A DNA stretch of 64,000 bases from Octopus vulgaris (Eukaryota): NCBI GenBank assembly GCA_951406725.2, contig OX597835.1:37758001-37822000 (forward strand), given 5' to 3'. A program made the position numbers and the translations under genes. Positions 36,592 to 50,689 of this stretch are shown here, piece after piece. Every line of letters begins with the position of its first letter. Positions within the stretch are counted from its first letter, which is position 1. The notes beneath the pieces were generated by a model that saw only the letters and a list, made by a program, of their open reading frames with translations, searched no databases and was not told the DNA's origin.

Positions 36592-37009
36592 TATTATTAT
36601 TATTATTATTATCATCATCATCATCATCATTATTATTATGCTTTACTAAGAAGGAGGAAAGAAACTGGAAGAGGGCACTTTCCCATGCCTTGGGGATGAC
36701 AGAGTAATCCAGGATTTTTGTGTAGGATTTACCCTGGATAACTCTAAGTGGACTGCCCCACTACTGGGGATTCTATTTATTTATTTATTTGTTTACTTAT
36801 TAATTATTTATTTCTCTATTTTCTATTATATATCTTCTGTAAAATCCTTTTGTGTGTTTCTATCTCCCCTTCATCCATGTTAACTCCACATGTTTTTCTG
36901 TTTTTTGTAATTCTTGTTTCGTTGTGGGTTATTTTGTGTGCTGTAACTCATCCTTCGATATTGTCCTCCATGTCTTGGGCCCTTGTGGCCAATAAAAGAA
37001 ATCATTCTT

Positions 37010-37014
37010 CTTAT

Positions 37015-37050
<36 letters not shown>

Positions 37051-37052
37051 TA

Positions 37053-37088
<36 letters not shown>

Positions 37089-37198
37089 CATTATTATTAT
37101 TATCATTATTACTGTTATTATTATTATTGTTATTATTATTATTATTATTATTATCATTATTATTATTATTATCATTATTATTATTGTTATTATTATTA

Positions 37199-37235
<37 letters not shown>

Positions 37236-37252
37236 CATTATTATCATTATTA

Positions 37253-37298
<46 letters not shown>

Positions 37299-37500
37299 CA
37301 TTATTCTTTGTACCTCAGGTTTTGTTGGAACTCCTGGAGCCTTGTACGTGGAATCTTGCATCTGTAATATTATTATCATCATCATTATCATCATCATCAT
37401 CATCTTCATCATTATCATCATCATCATCGTTGTTGTTGTTGTTATTATTATTGTTGTTGTTGTTATTGTTATTATTATTGTTGTTATTATTATCATCATC

Positions 37501-37560
<60 letters not shown>

Positions 37561-38390
37561 GTTATCACTTGATGGAAACTTCGCTTGGCATGTACTCCAT
37601 TTCAGGATACACTGTGAAGTTTGTCTGACGTGATTATCTGATGCACAGTCTTTTGTGCAGCGATGCATCTAACACCAACATGCATCAAACTGAACTAGCA
37701 AGAAAATAGGCTACAGCTATCGGTGCTGTTGGAGCAACTGCTGCAGTTGTTGTTGTTGTTATTGTTGCTGTTGTTTTGTTGTTGTTTTTCTTGTTGTTGT
37801 TGTTGTTTTCGTTGTTGTTGTTCTTGTTGCTGCAGCCATTGTTGGCAATCTTCATTCTTAACATTGCTGCTTTTGATATTGCTGCCATTGTTCTTATTCA
37901 ACCCCGGGTCAACACCCGATCAAGAAGACTTTCGATCAAAGCCATTTCACCTGTGACCATCCCTAGCTTGTACCTATATGCAAACGGATTTAGGATCACG
38001 TTACTCAACATATCATCTCATAATTCAATTCTGTGGAATTGGGGGACGATTTGGCTGCTATTTCTAGCAGGTTGAGCAACCACATAAAAGATCCCTATTG
38101 TTATTGTCCCTACTGCAGTTTTCTTGCTTTGTTCTTACAATTGTTGTTGTTGTTGCTGTGCCTGTTCTTATTGCCACTTTTACTGTTGCTGTTATTGTTG
38201 TTGTCATTTATGTTGTTATTTTCTGTTGTTGCTATTGTTATTGTGGATTTGTTGTTGTTTTTATTGTGGATATGTTGTTGCTGTTGTTATTGATGTCGTT
38301 ATTGTTGTTCTTGCATGTTGCTATTTTTTAATCATGGTTTTATTATTGCTGGTATAGCTGTTGTTATTGATGATGATGATGATTATTATT
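37010..38390. repeat. Long degenerate trinucleotide tracts (ATT/ATC/GTT)n
   Basis: Directly visible; source of the poly-I, poly-L and poly-N ORFs. Confidence 0.92.
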
Positions 38391-38394
38391 TTTG

Positions 38395-38710
38395 GAAGTA
38401 TGCTGTGCGTGAGAAGACCCGGCAGGACAAGTGAGACCATAACCCGTGGCCTCTACCTGGGATGTAGCCAGTCCACTAATGCATGTAAAAAGCACCATCC
38501 GATCGTGACCGTTGCCAACCTCGTCTGGCACCTGTGTCGGTGGCACGTAAAAAGCACCCACTATACTCACGGAGTGGTTGGTATTAGGAAGGGCATCCAT
38601 CTGTAGAAGCACTGCCAGATCAGACTGGGCCTAGTGCAGCCTTCTGGCTTCCCAGACCCCAGTTGAACCGTCCAACCCATGCTAGCATGGAAAGCGGACA
38701 TTAAACGATG

Positions 38711-38712
<2 letters not shown>
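38395..38712 (+). mobile_element. 5'-truncated RTE 3' fragment
   Basis: GCTGTGCGTGAGAAGACCCGGCAGGACAAGTGAG matches the ORF end at 30273-30307; same terminal CCATGCTAGCATGGAAAGCGGAC. Confidence 0.9.
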
Positions 38713-38752
<40 letters not shown>

Positions 38753-39105
38753 TTATGAAAAATCTCAGCTTATTTTGCTGGGTATAATGGAAAGTGTCAG
38801 CTGTCCACAACCATATTACTTTTATTATTATTATTGTTATTATTATTATTAGAGCTAGTAGAATCATTAACACGCTTGGCAAAATGCTTAGCAGTAGTTT
38901 GTCTGCTGCTGCAATCTGAGTTCAAATTCCACCGAGGACAACTTTGCCTTTCATCCATTCTGGGTTGATAAATTAAGTACCAGTGAAACACTGTGATCAA
39001 TGTAACTGACTTCCCGACTCACCCAAAATTTCAGGCCTTGTGCCTTTAGAAGAAAGGATAATTATTATTATTATTATTATTATTACTATTATTATTATTA
39101 TTATT

Positions 39106-39648
39106 CAGTAGTTTTATTTTTATAGCGTGCTTTCACTTCACTACCGAGTGCAGCTCTGTGTGCCTTAGGTATGTGCTGTGATTTGCTGTGATGCTCTGAT
39201 GGTTACTGTATTGAAAGTGTTCTGCGTAGGATGTGGGCAGTGCCCAGTAGTGCAATTTTCTGTATGTTATATGTGTTTGTAAGTCCTGGTGTTTTTGTTA
39301 TGTATTTGTCTGAATATTTTTTTATCATGCCTAATGCACCTACTATGATAGGAATTGTTTCTGTTTTTAGATTCCACATTCTAGTTACCTCTATTTCCAG
39401 GTCTTTGTATTTTGAGAGTTTCTCCATTTCTTTTAGAGACATGTTGTCATCTGCTGGTATTGATACATCAATTAGAAAGCATTTTTTCCTTCATGATCTC
39501 TGACAACTATATCTGGTCTGTTGGCTTTAATTTCTCTATCTGTGTGTATTGGCATATCCCAGAGTATGGTAGCTTTCTCGTTTTCTGTGACCTTTTCTGG
39601 TGTGTGCCTATACCATCTTTTTTCTGTTGTTATTCCATAATGTTGGCA

Positions 39649-39650
<2 letters not shown>
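39106..39650 (-). mobile_element. R4/Dong-like non-LTR retrotransposon 3' fragment (restriction-like endonuclease) in a (TAA)n tract
   Basis: Translates to ILWDMPIHTDREIKANRPDIVV...FLIDVSIP...EKLSKYKDLEIEVTRMW...PIIVGALG...IQKIALLGTAHILRRTL, a PD-(D/E)xK RLE. (TAA)n on both sides, the known Dong target. Confidence 0.88.
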
Positions 39651-39708
<58 letters not shown>

Positions 39709-39943
39709 GGCAGTGAGCTGTCTGAATCATTAGCATGCCAGGCAAAATGCTTTGTGGCATTTGATCTGTCTTTTTGTTCTGAGTTCAAATTCCACTGAAG
39801 TCAGGTTTGCCTTTCACCTTTTTAGGGTTGATGAAATGAGTACCAGTTATATACTGAGGTCGATGTAATTGACTTGCCTCCTTCCTCAAAATTTCAGGTC
39901 TTGCGCCTGTAGTAGAAAGGGTTATTATTATTATTATTATTAT

Positions 39944-40130
39944 TCAGTAGTCTTATTTTTATCACATGCTTTCACTGTACTACTGAGCGCAGCTCTGTGT
40001 GCCTTGAGTATGTGTTGTGGTTTGTTGTGACACTCTTCTTTTCACTGTATTGAAAGTGCTTTACATACGCTGTGTGCAGTGTCTAGAAGTGCTAGTTTCT
40101 GTATGTTATATACACTTGTAAGTCCTGGCA
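39944..40130 (-). mobile_element. Second, shorter R4/Dong-like 3' end
   Basis: CAGTAGTCTTATTTTTAT...GCAGCTCTGTGTGCCTTG similar to 39106-39290. Confidence 0.75.
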
Positions 40131-40850
40131 TTGGTTGCGTGCAAGAGAGACGTTTACATTGGTATGATCATGTACTGCAGATGGACGAGGAGAGTTTTGT
40201 GAAGAAGTGCCACTCCCAAGCAGTCGAAAGAATCCGGGGGTAAAGGGAGACCCAGGGAGACATGGGATGAGGTGGTCAAGCAGGACCTTCAAACGTTGGG
40301 CCTCATAGAGGCAATGACAAAAGACCGAGACCTCTGGACGTATGCTGTGACTGAGAAGACCTGGCAGATAAAGTGAGTTCACAGCTGTAACCTACACCAG
40401 TGTTGCATAACCAGCCCATTCAAAGTACCTTGGATCGTAGGGTAACATGATGTGCTTCAGGAAACCTATTGAGTCAAGTACATCAATATCAAAATCAAAT
40501 CAAATGGAAATTGTAGTTGTGACCCCGTGCTGGTAGCATGTAAAAAGCACAATCCAAACGTGGCCGATGCCAGTGCCACTTTGACTGGCTTCCGTGCCAG
40601 TGACACGTAAAAAGGCACCATCCGATCATGGTCGATGCCAGCTCCTCTGGCCCCTGTGCTGGTGGCATGTAAAGAGCACCCGGTACACTCCTGGAGTGGT
40701 TGGCATTAGGAAGGGCATCCAGCTGTAGAAACACTGCGAGATGAGATTGGAGCCTGGTGTAGCCTCCTGGCTTCCCAGACCCCAGTCGAACTGTCCAACC
40801 CATGCCAGCATGGAAGATGGACGTTAAACGATGATGATGACGATCATCAT
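40131..40850 (+). mobile_element. Decayed RTE 3' fragment (ORF end + 3' UTR + GAT tail)
   Basis: GTGCAAGAGAGACGTTTACATTGGTATG... is homologous to 30070-30306; ends GGACGTTAAACGATGATGATG. Confidence 0.88.
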
Positions 40851-41309
40851 CATCATCATCACCATCATTATTTTTATTATTATTGAGTGAGAGAGCAACA
40901 CATGCCATCAAAGTGAATCTGAGGTACAAATATACGAAGCCTAGTATACCTGCCATGACTACCTGTCTGAGGTGGGTACACCAGGCACATGCATCAGAAC
41001 CAAATGTGTGTCACATGGTGACCTTATATCAAGACAAACAGTGCATGATCTTTCAGGTGGGGTCCAGTTAGAATTTTTTTCATGCCAAGTAGCCCATCCT
41101 GCTCAAATGGTCCCTGAATAATGAAAGAAACATCCATGTTTCTTGTGGTGAATTAGTTAAACCCCAAAGAATTCCTCATCATGCTATGATGCTCCCCCAC
41201 TACTTCTGCTCGTGATCAGAGATGCACATATCGTCAGCCACTAAAGGACATGGTTAACTGGTTAAAGTCAAGCAACTGACAAACAAATCTGTCGTACTGA
41301 GTAGAGTAT

Positions 41310-41541
41310 TATCATCATCATCACCACCACCACCACCATCATCATCATCATAATCATTACCACCACCACCACTACCACCACCATCATCACCACTACCACT
41401 GCTGCCACCACCACCACCGCTGCTGCCACCACTACCACCACCATTATCATCATCATCACCACCACCACTGCTGCCGCTACCAACACCACCACTACTACTA
41501 CCACCACCACTACCACCACCGCCACCACCATCATCATCATC

Positions 41542-41572
<31 letters not shown>

Positions 41573-42500
41573 CCACCACCACCACCACCACCATCATCAT
41601 AATCATTACCACCGCTGCCTCTGCCACCGCCATACCACCACCACCATCACCACCATCATCATCTTCATCATTATCATCACCACCACCACCACCACCACCA
41701 GCACCACCACCGCCACTACCACCACCACCACTACCACCACCACCACCGTCGTCGGCATCGTCTGAGTAGTCTTATTGTTATTGCGTGTGTCTCTACAGAA
41801 CGTAGCGCAGCTCTGTGTCGGTTGGGTACAATGCCGTGTGATTAATTTTTAATTAATCAATTAACACACCAATAGACATTTCATTTCTAGCTCAGTGAAG
41901 TCGATGAAAGTTACAAACTTTTGCATGTTGATGTTGTTGTTGTTGTCACCGTCGTCGTTGTTGTTGGTGTTGTTGTTGTTGTTGTTGGTGTTGGTTCTAA
42001 CTTGTTCAGATCAATGGCAAGGGAGTTAATTTGAAATTTTGCACTCTCTCTTCACAGTTGATCGTTCGAGAAATTTTATACATCTTTCTATATTATCATT
42101 GTCTGTGTGTGTGGGTGTATGTGTGTGTATGTATATGTGTGGATGTGTATGTCTGTGTGTATGTATATGTGTGTGTGTATGTGTATGTCTGTGTGTGTGT
42201 ATGTGTGTTCATTGCATCGTAATGCTAGCTACTGTCCTTGGTCATCATCATTATCATTATTATTGCCATCATTATCATCACAATTAGCATTATTTTCATC
42301 AACATCATGGTCACCATCATCGCCACCGCCGTCATCTTTTGTCGTCATCATCATCATCATAAAACTTTACCACCATCGTCATCATCATCATTATCATTGT
42401 CATTATCACTTGCAGAAGCACACTACCATTACCACCACCACCACCACCACCATCATCATCATCATAATCACCTGCAGAAGCACTACTACCACCATCACCG
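41310..42500. repeat. (CAC/CAT)n, (GTT)n and (TG)n low-complexity tracts
   Basis: Directly visible. Confidence 0.9.
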
Positions 42501-42871
42501 TCATTTCAATCTCCATGTTTCTATGCTCGCATAGGTCTGTCGAAACCTGTTCGGCCCTCTTTTGTTTTGTTTTGCTTCCTCCACTCACAGGTTTTTCCTT
42601 GTTGACAGTTGTCTCTTAATAATTTCTACACAGAATAATGACAGTACTTTCAATTAATTTTATTCAATGCATGATGGCTGTGAAATAAGGAGCTTGCTTC
42701 CCAACCACATGGTTCTAGGTTCAGTCCCATCACACAGCAACTTGGGTAAATGACTTTCTTCTAATATAGCCTTGAGCTGAGCAAAGACTTGTGAGTGAAT
42801 TTGGTAGACAGAAACTGAAAGAAGCCTGTTGTATATATATATATACATCATCATCATCAATACACATATAT

Positions 42872-43295
42872 ACTCTTTTACTCTTTTACTTGTTTCACTC
42901 ATTTGACAGTGGCCATGCTGGAGCACTGCCTGTAGTCGAGCAAATTGACCCCAGGACTTATTCTTTGTAAGCCGAATACTTATTCTATCGGTCTCTTTTG
43001 CCGAACTGCTAAGTTACGGGGACGTAAACACACCAGCATCAGTTGTCAAGCAATGCTGGGGGGAAGGGGGCCAAACACAGACACAAAAAACATATACACA
43101 CACATACATACATATATATATACATACATATATATGCTGGGCTTTTTGTAGTTTCCATTTACCAAATCCACTAACAAGGCTTTGGTCAGCCCAAGGCTAT
43201 AGTAGAAGACATTTGCCCAAGATGCCACGCAGTTGAACTGAACCTGGAACCATGTGGTTCGTAAGCAAGCTACTTACTACTCAGCTACTCCTGTG
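42872..43295 (-). mobile_element. Family B SINE, near full length
   Basis: Reverse complement of the family B consensus. Other copies at ~42675 (+), 51290-51735 (-), 51750-51900 (-), 55160-55563 (-), 59520-59735 (+) and 62130-62300 (+). Confidence 0.85.
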
Positions 43296-43322
43296 CCTAT
43301 CTATATACATCATCATCATCAA

Positions 43323-43366
<44 letters not shown>

Positions 43367-43369
43367 AAA

Positions 43370-43569
43370 TGTGACCCCGTGTGTATTGTTGGCGATTTTT
43401 TTCCCTCTGTCTTCTCTTCTCTGGATCTTTCCTTCTCCTATGTTTCCGATGAAGAGCTCCGCTCGAAACGTTAAACCCTCCTTCTTTCCTTCTTTCCTGA
43501 GCGTCCAATAATACTATATTTGTTCCACGTCCTTGTGTTGTTGTGTTTTTTGTGCTTTCTTGTTTGGAT

Positions 43570-43575
<6 letters not shown>
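43370..43575 (+). mobile_element. ~200 bp Penelope-like terminal repeat relic with a minimal hammerhead (43442-43476), in (TA)n
   Basis: GTTT-CCGATGA-A-GAGC-TCC-GCTC-GAAACGTT-AAAC. Homologous copy at 63640-63842. Confidence 0.65.
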
Positions 43576-43618
<43 letters not shown>

Positions 43619-43770
43619 ATATTTCGGAATGGTCATATTGCCAGTTTAGCCAATAAAAACACACGCACTATATATTTGGTGTTTTACATTAATCTTAATC
43701 TTATTTCGGCCAAAGTTCTTTCGTCACACACGGCTTCACATAAAAAATCTTGCACAACAAATATTTAAAC

Positions 43771-43805
<35 letters not shown>

Positions 43806-44118
43806 CATCATCATCATCATCATCATTTAACGTCCGCTTTCCATGCTAGCATGGGTTGGAAGGTTCAACTGGAGTCTGGGGAGCCCGAAGGCTGCACCAG
43901 GCCAGTCAGATCTGGCAGTGTTTCTACAGCTGGATGCCCTTCCTAATGCCAACCACTCCGAGAGTGTAGTGGGTGATTTTATGTGCCACCGACACAGGTG
44001 CCAGATGAGGCTGGTGAACGGCCATGCTCGGATGGTGTTTTTTATGTGCCACCGACACAAGTGCCAGACGAAGCTGGCAGACGGCCACGCTCGGATGGTG
44101 TTTTTATGTGCCACCGAC
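43806..44118 (-). mobile_element. RTE 3' UTR fragment with (CAT)n tail
   Basis: Reverse complement of 30600-30918, with three TGTGCCACCGACA modules. Confidence 0.9.
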
Positions 44119-44387
44119 ATATATATATAGTGACTGGTTAGAATATATATATATATATATTCCAACCAGTTACTATGATTGACCACTAACTCCACAAATT
44201 TTTTATTCTCTCTCTGTTTATTTCCTTGTGTCCCTTTCTATTGAAGAGCATAGGCTCGAAATATAAAGGAATTTCTCACCTTCCTGAGCATCAAACTAAT
44301 ACATCTGCTTGTTGTTTATACCCCTGTCTTCATCCTTTGCTTTTCTGTAAATTTCAACTCTCTCTCTCTATATATATAACACCATCA

Positions 44388-46830
44388 TCACCATCATTTA
44401 ATGTCCATTGTCCATGGTAGCATAGGTTGGACAGTTTGACCAGGGCTGGCAAGCTGGAAGGCTGCAACAGACTCCAGTCTGATTTGGCATGGTTCCTATG
44501 GCTGGATGCTCTTCCTCACACCAACCACTTCGAGAGTCTAATGGGTGCTTTTATGTGCCACCACATGGGTGCCATTTGTGTGACACTAGTATCTGCCACA
44601 ACTGCGATTTTGCTTGGCTTGATGGGTCTTCTTCTCAAGCACAACATAATGCCAAAGGTCTTGGTCAATCTTCTTTGCTTCTGTAAAGCCCAACTCTTGA
44701 AAGAAGCTTTTCATGTGCCACTGACATTCTCCACTTTGCCTCTGTGAGGCACAATGCTCGAAAGGGGGCATTTTACATGCCAGTAACATGACACCAGCAT
44801 TTGTCATGACTACGATTTCCCTTGACTTGACAGGCCTTCTCAAGCACAGCATATCACCACAGGTCTTGGTCACTAGTCATTGCCTCTGTGAGGCCCAAAG
44901 CTCAAAGATCATGCTTCACCACCTTGTGCCATGTCTTCCTGGGTCTACCTCTACCACAGGTTCCCTTCACAGTTACAGATTGGCACTTCTTTAGACAACT
45001 GTCCTCATCCATGCCCATCACATGACCATACCTGTTTCTTTATTACCCACAAGGGGCTAAACATAGAGGGGACAAACAAGGACGGACATAGGTATTAAGT
45101 CGATTACATTGACCCCAGTTCGTAAGTGGTACTTAATTTATTGACCCCGAAAGGATGAAAGGCAAAGTCGACCTTGGCGGAATTTGAACTCACAACGACA
45201 GACGAAACACCACTAAGCATTTCGCACAGTGTGCCAACGATTCTGCCAGCTCGCTACCTTAACCAGCTCGCCGCCTTATGCCAGCTCGGACCATACCAAC
45301 ACAGTCGTCTCCCTTGCACACCACATCTAATGCCCCTTATGCCCAGCTTTTCTTTCAAAATACTTACACTCTGTTGTACATGCACATCATCATCATCATC
45401 ATTGTTCGACCGTGGTCAAGACAATGGAATTTACCATGTTGCGCCAGACTTCACACTGTACATGCACACTGACATTGCACATCTAGCAAAGCATACTGGC
45501 TTCATTTCCTTCAAGCCTGCGCATGTCTTCGACTGTCACAGCCTATGTTTCACTGCATTGTGGCATAGCTGTTTGCACACAGGCATTATAAAATCTGCCT
45601 TTCATTCTGAGGGAGAGGCCCTTTGTTGTCAGCAGAGGTTGGAGCTCTCTGAACTTTGCCCAGTTTATTCTTATTCTGACAGCTCTGCTCTTGAGGGATC
45701 TACCCCAACTACTAGCTTGGTCACCTAGATAATGGAAGCTTTAGCTTACTCACCTGGCAGTTGATGGAGTCTATTTTTTGTACATTTTCGGTGTTTATTG
45801 TACCTGTGCATCTTCCACACACATAAGCCATTTTCCCTGTTAACCTTCCTCTGATATTACTGCACCACTTATATGTCCATAGCTGACACTAGGTACATCT
45901 TATGAGAGTTTCTACCTTATGTCGTTTCTACAGATCGAGCAGGGCCATCTACCTGAAGGGATTTTTGAATTGTCTGCTTTCCTACTTACTAAGACTTTGG
46001 TTTTTACTAGGTTAACTCTTAGGTCCTTCGATTTTAAACCTTGCTCCATATCTGAAACCTCTTCCCTAGTTCTGGTTGTGATTCAGATATAAGAGTGAGG
46101 TCATCAGCATAGACGGGCTCCCAGGTGCAGCTTGTCTTAAATTCCTCTGGTCCTTAGTGAACCCTTACTTGTACCTGAATTCTTCACTGTACTCATTGCC
46201 AACCCTCACTTTATTGGTAGCATCCCTGTACATTACTTGTACAGTTTCACCAACCACTCATCTATCACCAGTTTCCACCAGATAAGAGATTGGGGGACCC
46301 TATCAAAGGCTTTCTCCAAGTCAACAAAAGCCAAGTACAGAGATTTATCTTTAGCTATGTATTTCTCCTTACCAAAAATATAGCATCAGTGGTGCTTCTC
46401 TCTGGTAAAAAAAACAAACAAACCGCATCTCATCTAGACTAACTCTTTCCTTAATTAGTTGGGCTATGATCCTCTCCATAACTTTCATTACCTGATCCAA
46501 CAATTTGCTACCTCTGTAATTACTATCTAAGGCATCACCTTTACCTTTGTAGTAGTTGACTATGGTGCTGCTACACTAGTTGTTGGGTATGGCTCCTTGT
46601 GAACCACCTGATTTACAATATGGGTGACTTGACCAAAACACACACTGCCAGATATTTTAATTATCTCAGTAGTGATTCCTGATAAGCCGGGGGCTTTTCC
46701 TGTCTTTATATCTTTAATAGCTTTATCTACCAAGGTACCATCAATTCATATAAGTCGTCCCTCAATTGGGTCAACATTTGGCTGACTCTCCTCCTCACAT
46801 TCCTTCTCCACGTTCAGCAGTCTTTCATAA
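44388..46830 (-). pseudogene. Degraded RTE copy (RT, PHD insert, C-terminus, 3' UTR), interrupted by a family A SINE at ~45033-45258
   Basis: The minus strand retains KAPG (46685-46700), DLEKAFDRVP (46290-46325), YADD (46101-46112) and PSGRWPCSICR (45925-45960) amid stops and frameshifts. Confidence 0.9.
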
Positions 46831-46831
46831 T

Positions 46832-47062
46832 TATTTCTTTACTACCCACAAGGGGCTAAACACAGAGAGGACAAACAAGGACAGACAAATGGATTAAGTC
46901 GATTATATTGACCCCAGTGCATAACTGGTACTTATTTAATCGACTCCGAAAGGATGAAAGGCAAAGTTGACCTTGGCAGAATTCGAACTCAGAACGTAGT
47001 GGCAGACGAAATACTACTAAGCATTTCGCCTGGCGTGCTAATGTTTCTGCCAGCTCGCTGCC
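46832..47062 (-). mobile_element. Family A SINE, full length
   Basis: Reverse complement of the 211-449 element. Confidence 0.9.
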
Positions 47063-47455
47063 TTTCATGATGTCATCTCCAAGCCTCTTTCTTTGCAGAA
47101 TCATTAAATGCAAGTGTACCATCATCAATGCAGGTACATCTCCATAGCCTAGCAGTCCAGTTCAACAAAAGAGACTAATAAAATAAGTACCTGGCTTAAA
47201 CAAGAAATAAGTATCGGGATCTATTCATTTGTCTAAATCTTCTTCAAGGCTGTGCCCCAGTATGGCCGCAGTCTTGTGACTGAAATAAGTGAAAGACACA
47301 AGATAAAAGATCTCAAATTAGTTCTTAATTGTCGTCGTTTTGATGACCTCTTTTTAATGTCATATATAACTTAGTGTCATTCCATGTGTTTGTGTGTTTG
47401 CGTGCCTGTGTGTGTGAGATTGTGTGTGTGTGTGTGTGATTGTGTGTGTGTGTGT

Positions 47456-47572
<117 letters not shown>

Positions 47573-47577
47573 CATGT

Positions 47578-47750
47578 ATGCAGGTGGGCTGAAAAGCTCA
47601 TTGGTTGACTATGAAGGAGTGATGCTAGAGCTGTGAAGTCTTGTGTGCATTGATTTCAACCCTTCTTGTAGATAATTGTATTGTTTCTCCCCCAGATAAA
47701 TGATATCTGTCTGTTCAAAGATGACTTCAAATGTAGATTGTAGCAAATTC
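47578..47750 (+). mobile_element. Possible mariner-type MITE end
   Basis: TATGCAGGTGGGCTGAAAAGCTCA resembles a mariner TIR following TA; the partner TIR was not found. Confidence 0.35.
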
Positions 47751-48682
47751 TATTTTTGTATCTTTCACTATATTCTTATTGTTGTTTTTCCTTTTCATTG
47801 ATGTTAACCCTACCCTTTTTTGTGTGTTGTATTTTGTCTTTTTATGTAGTCCTCAATGTCTTAGGCTGTTGTGGCCTATAAAAGAAATCATTATCATCAT
47901 CATCATCATCATCATCATTATTGAGTGAGAGAGCAGTGCATGCCATCAAAGTGACACTGGGGTAAAATTTACGAAGTCGAGAATACCCATCATGATTACC
48001 TGTCTGATAAGGATACACTAGGCACAGGCATCACAACCACATTCGATTGACATGGTGATCTCATATCAAGATTAACAGCACATGATCTTGCAGGTGGGGC
48101 CCAGTTAGAATTTTCTACAAGTCAAGTAAGCTCATCCTGCTCAAAAGATCCCTGAATAAGGGTTGTTTAAGGAGGTTGAATGAAGGTGTTTCCAAAGATG
48201 AATTATCCAAACCTCTAAGAATCCCTCTCAACACATGGCTATGCTGTTCCCCATCACTACTTCTGCTCGTGATCAGAGATGCACATACCATCAGCCACTA
48301 AGGGACATGCTCAAATGGTTAAGGTCAAACAACTGACAAGCAAATTTGTGGTATTGAGCAGAATATTTGCTGTAGCTCATCTTTTATACCAAGACAAAAC
48401 AATGTTCATGATAGCACTTCCAATCAGAAGCCATGAGAGCCACTGCCTGGTACTGCATCAGAGCTATCCTCCTCATCATTATTATTAAGGTGGTGAGCTA
48501 GCAGAATCTTTAGCACACCAGGAAATATGTCTAGTGGCATTTTGTCCATTTTTCCTTTCTGTGTTGAAATACCCTTCATCTTTTCAGGGTCTATAAAATA
48601 AGTACCAGTCGAGTACTGGGGTTGATGTAATCGATTTGTGTCCTTCCACAAAATTTCAGGCCTTGTGCCAACAGTACAAAAG

Positions 48683-48724
<42 letters not shown>

Positions 48725-49441
48725 GAGTGGGAGAGCAGTTCATGCCATCAAAGTGACACTGGGGTAAAATATACGAAACCCAATATACCCATCATGACTA
48801 CCCGTCTGATAAAGGTACACCAGGCACATGCATCACAACCATATGTGCGCGACATGGTGATCTCATATCAAGATAAACAGCACATGACCTTGCAGGTGGG
48901 GCCCAGTTAGAATTTTCTTCAGGTTGAGTAGCCCATCCCGCTCAAACGGTCCCTGAATAAGGGTTGTTTAAGGATGTTGAAAGAACCACCCATGTTTCCA
49001 GAGGTGAACTATTCAAACCCTAAAGAATCCCTCTCAACACATGGCTATGATGCTCCCCCACTACTTCTGCTCATGATCAGAGATGCACATATCGTCAGCC
49101 ACTAAGGGACATGCTCAACTGATTAAGGTCAAACAACTGACAAGCAAATCTGTGGTATTGAGCAGAATATTTGCTGTAGCCCATCTTTTATACCAAGACA
49201 AAACAATGTACATGATAACACTTCCAATCAGTTAAGATCAGAAGCCATGAGAGCCACTATTATTATTATTATTATTATTATGATTACTATTTTGTCTGTC
49301 TTTACATTCTGAGTTTGAATTCTACTAAGGTCGACTTTGCCTTTCATCCTTTTGGAATCAATAAAATAAGTACCAGTTGAGTACTGGGGTCAATGTAAGC
49401 ACTCCCCCAAAATTTCAGGCCTTTGGCCTATAGTAGAAAGG

Positions 49442-49494
<53 letters not shown>

Positions 49495-49542
49495 TACTAC
49501 TACTACTACTATTATTATTATTATTATTATTACTACTATTAT

Positions 49543-49589
<47 letters not shown>

Positions 49590-49629
49590 TTATTATTACT
49601 ACTTTGATTATTAATATTATTATTATTAC

Positions 49630-49675
<46 letters not shown>

Positions 49676-49969
49676 ATTATTCAAAGTGAAAACTTCAGCA
49701 GCAACAACAATAAAGGTGGTTGTTGTCGTCGTTGTTGTTGTTGTTGTTATTTCGAATATATATTCTGAGTGAAAACTATTTTCTTGACCTGACCTTTTTT
49801 CTGTTGTCGATTAATCAGAGATGAAATAGTTTTAAATGGAATTTATTTTTAGTTTAACAAAATAACAAAGAAATAACAAAAAAGAAAAAAACACATTGAT
49901 GGTGACATTAACAATTTGTAAAGAGTTTGATGTTGAAAATGTTGTTGTTGTTGTTGAGGCCTAGGCCAG

Positions 49970-50475
49970 GCCTGATTGAGCAGACTTATGATTGTGTAGA
50001 CTTAAGACTGAGAAGACTTAGGACTGAGCAGACTTATGATCAAGCAGGCTTATGACTGAGCAAATTTATGATTGAGCAAACTTCTGACTGAGTGTACTTA
50101 TGATTCAGTGTACTAATGATTGAGCTGACTTATGATTGAACATACTTATGACTGGGCTGACTTATGATCAAGCAGGCTTATGACTGAGCAAATTTATGAT
50201 TGAGCAGACTTCTGACTGAGTGTACTTATGATTCAGTGTACTAATGATTGAGCTGACTTATGATTGAGCATACTTATGACTGAGCAGGCTTGTGATTGAG
50301 CTGACTTATGATCGATGTACTTATGATTGATATGACTAATGATTGAACAGACTGGTGATTGAGCTGACTTATGATCAAGCTGACTTATGACTGGGCAGAC
50401 TTCTGATTGAGCAGAGTTACAGCTATGCAGAATTACAACTGAGTAGACTTATGACCAAGGAGACTTATGATTAAG
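49970..50475 (+). repeat. 16-bp minisatellite (TTATGA[C/T]TGAGCAGAC) with a 128 bp (8-mer) higher-order duplication
   Basis: About 30 units. The variant string beginning CTTATGATCAAGCAGGC occurs at 50033 and again at 50161. Confidence 0.9.
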
Positions 50476-50689
50476 TTATTCCAGCCATGCTCATGTCATC
50501 ATTGTTGCTGTTCAACCCTGAATGAGCAACCCCCAATATAATCAAAATAATTCTGACCATGACCATCTCTCCTCTTTGCTATATCCAGGAGTACCTCGTT
50601 TAATGTTACCTTCCCTCTCTTAAGGTGGTACAGCGTGATTTGGCAGCTATTTCTAGCAAGTAGAACCATTAATATCCAAAACACTTTTC

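Noticed and set aside
36748-38357. Long poly-Ile/Leu/Asn/His ORFs here and at 41268, 52604, 57547 and 60097-61475
   Set aside because: Translations of microsatellites.
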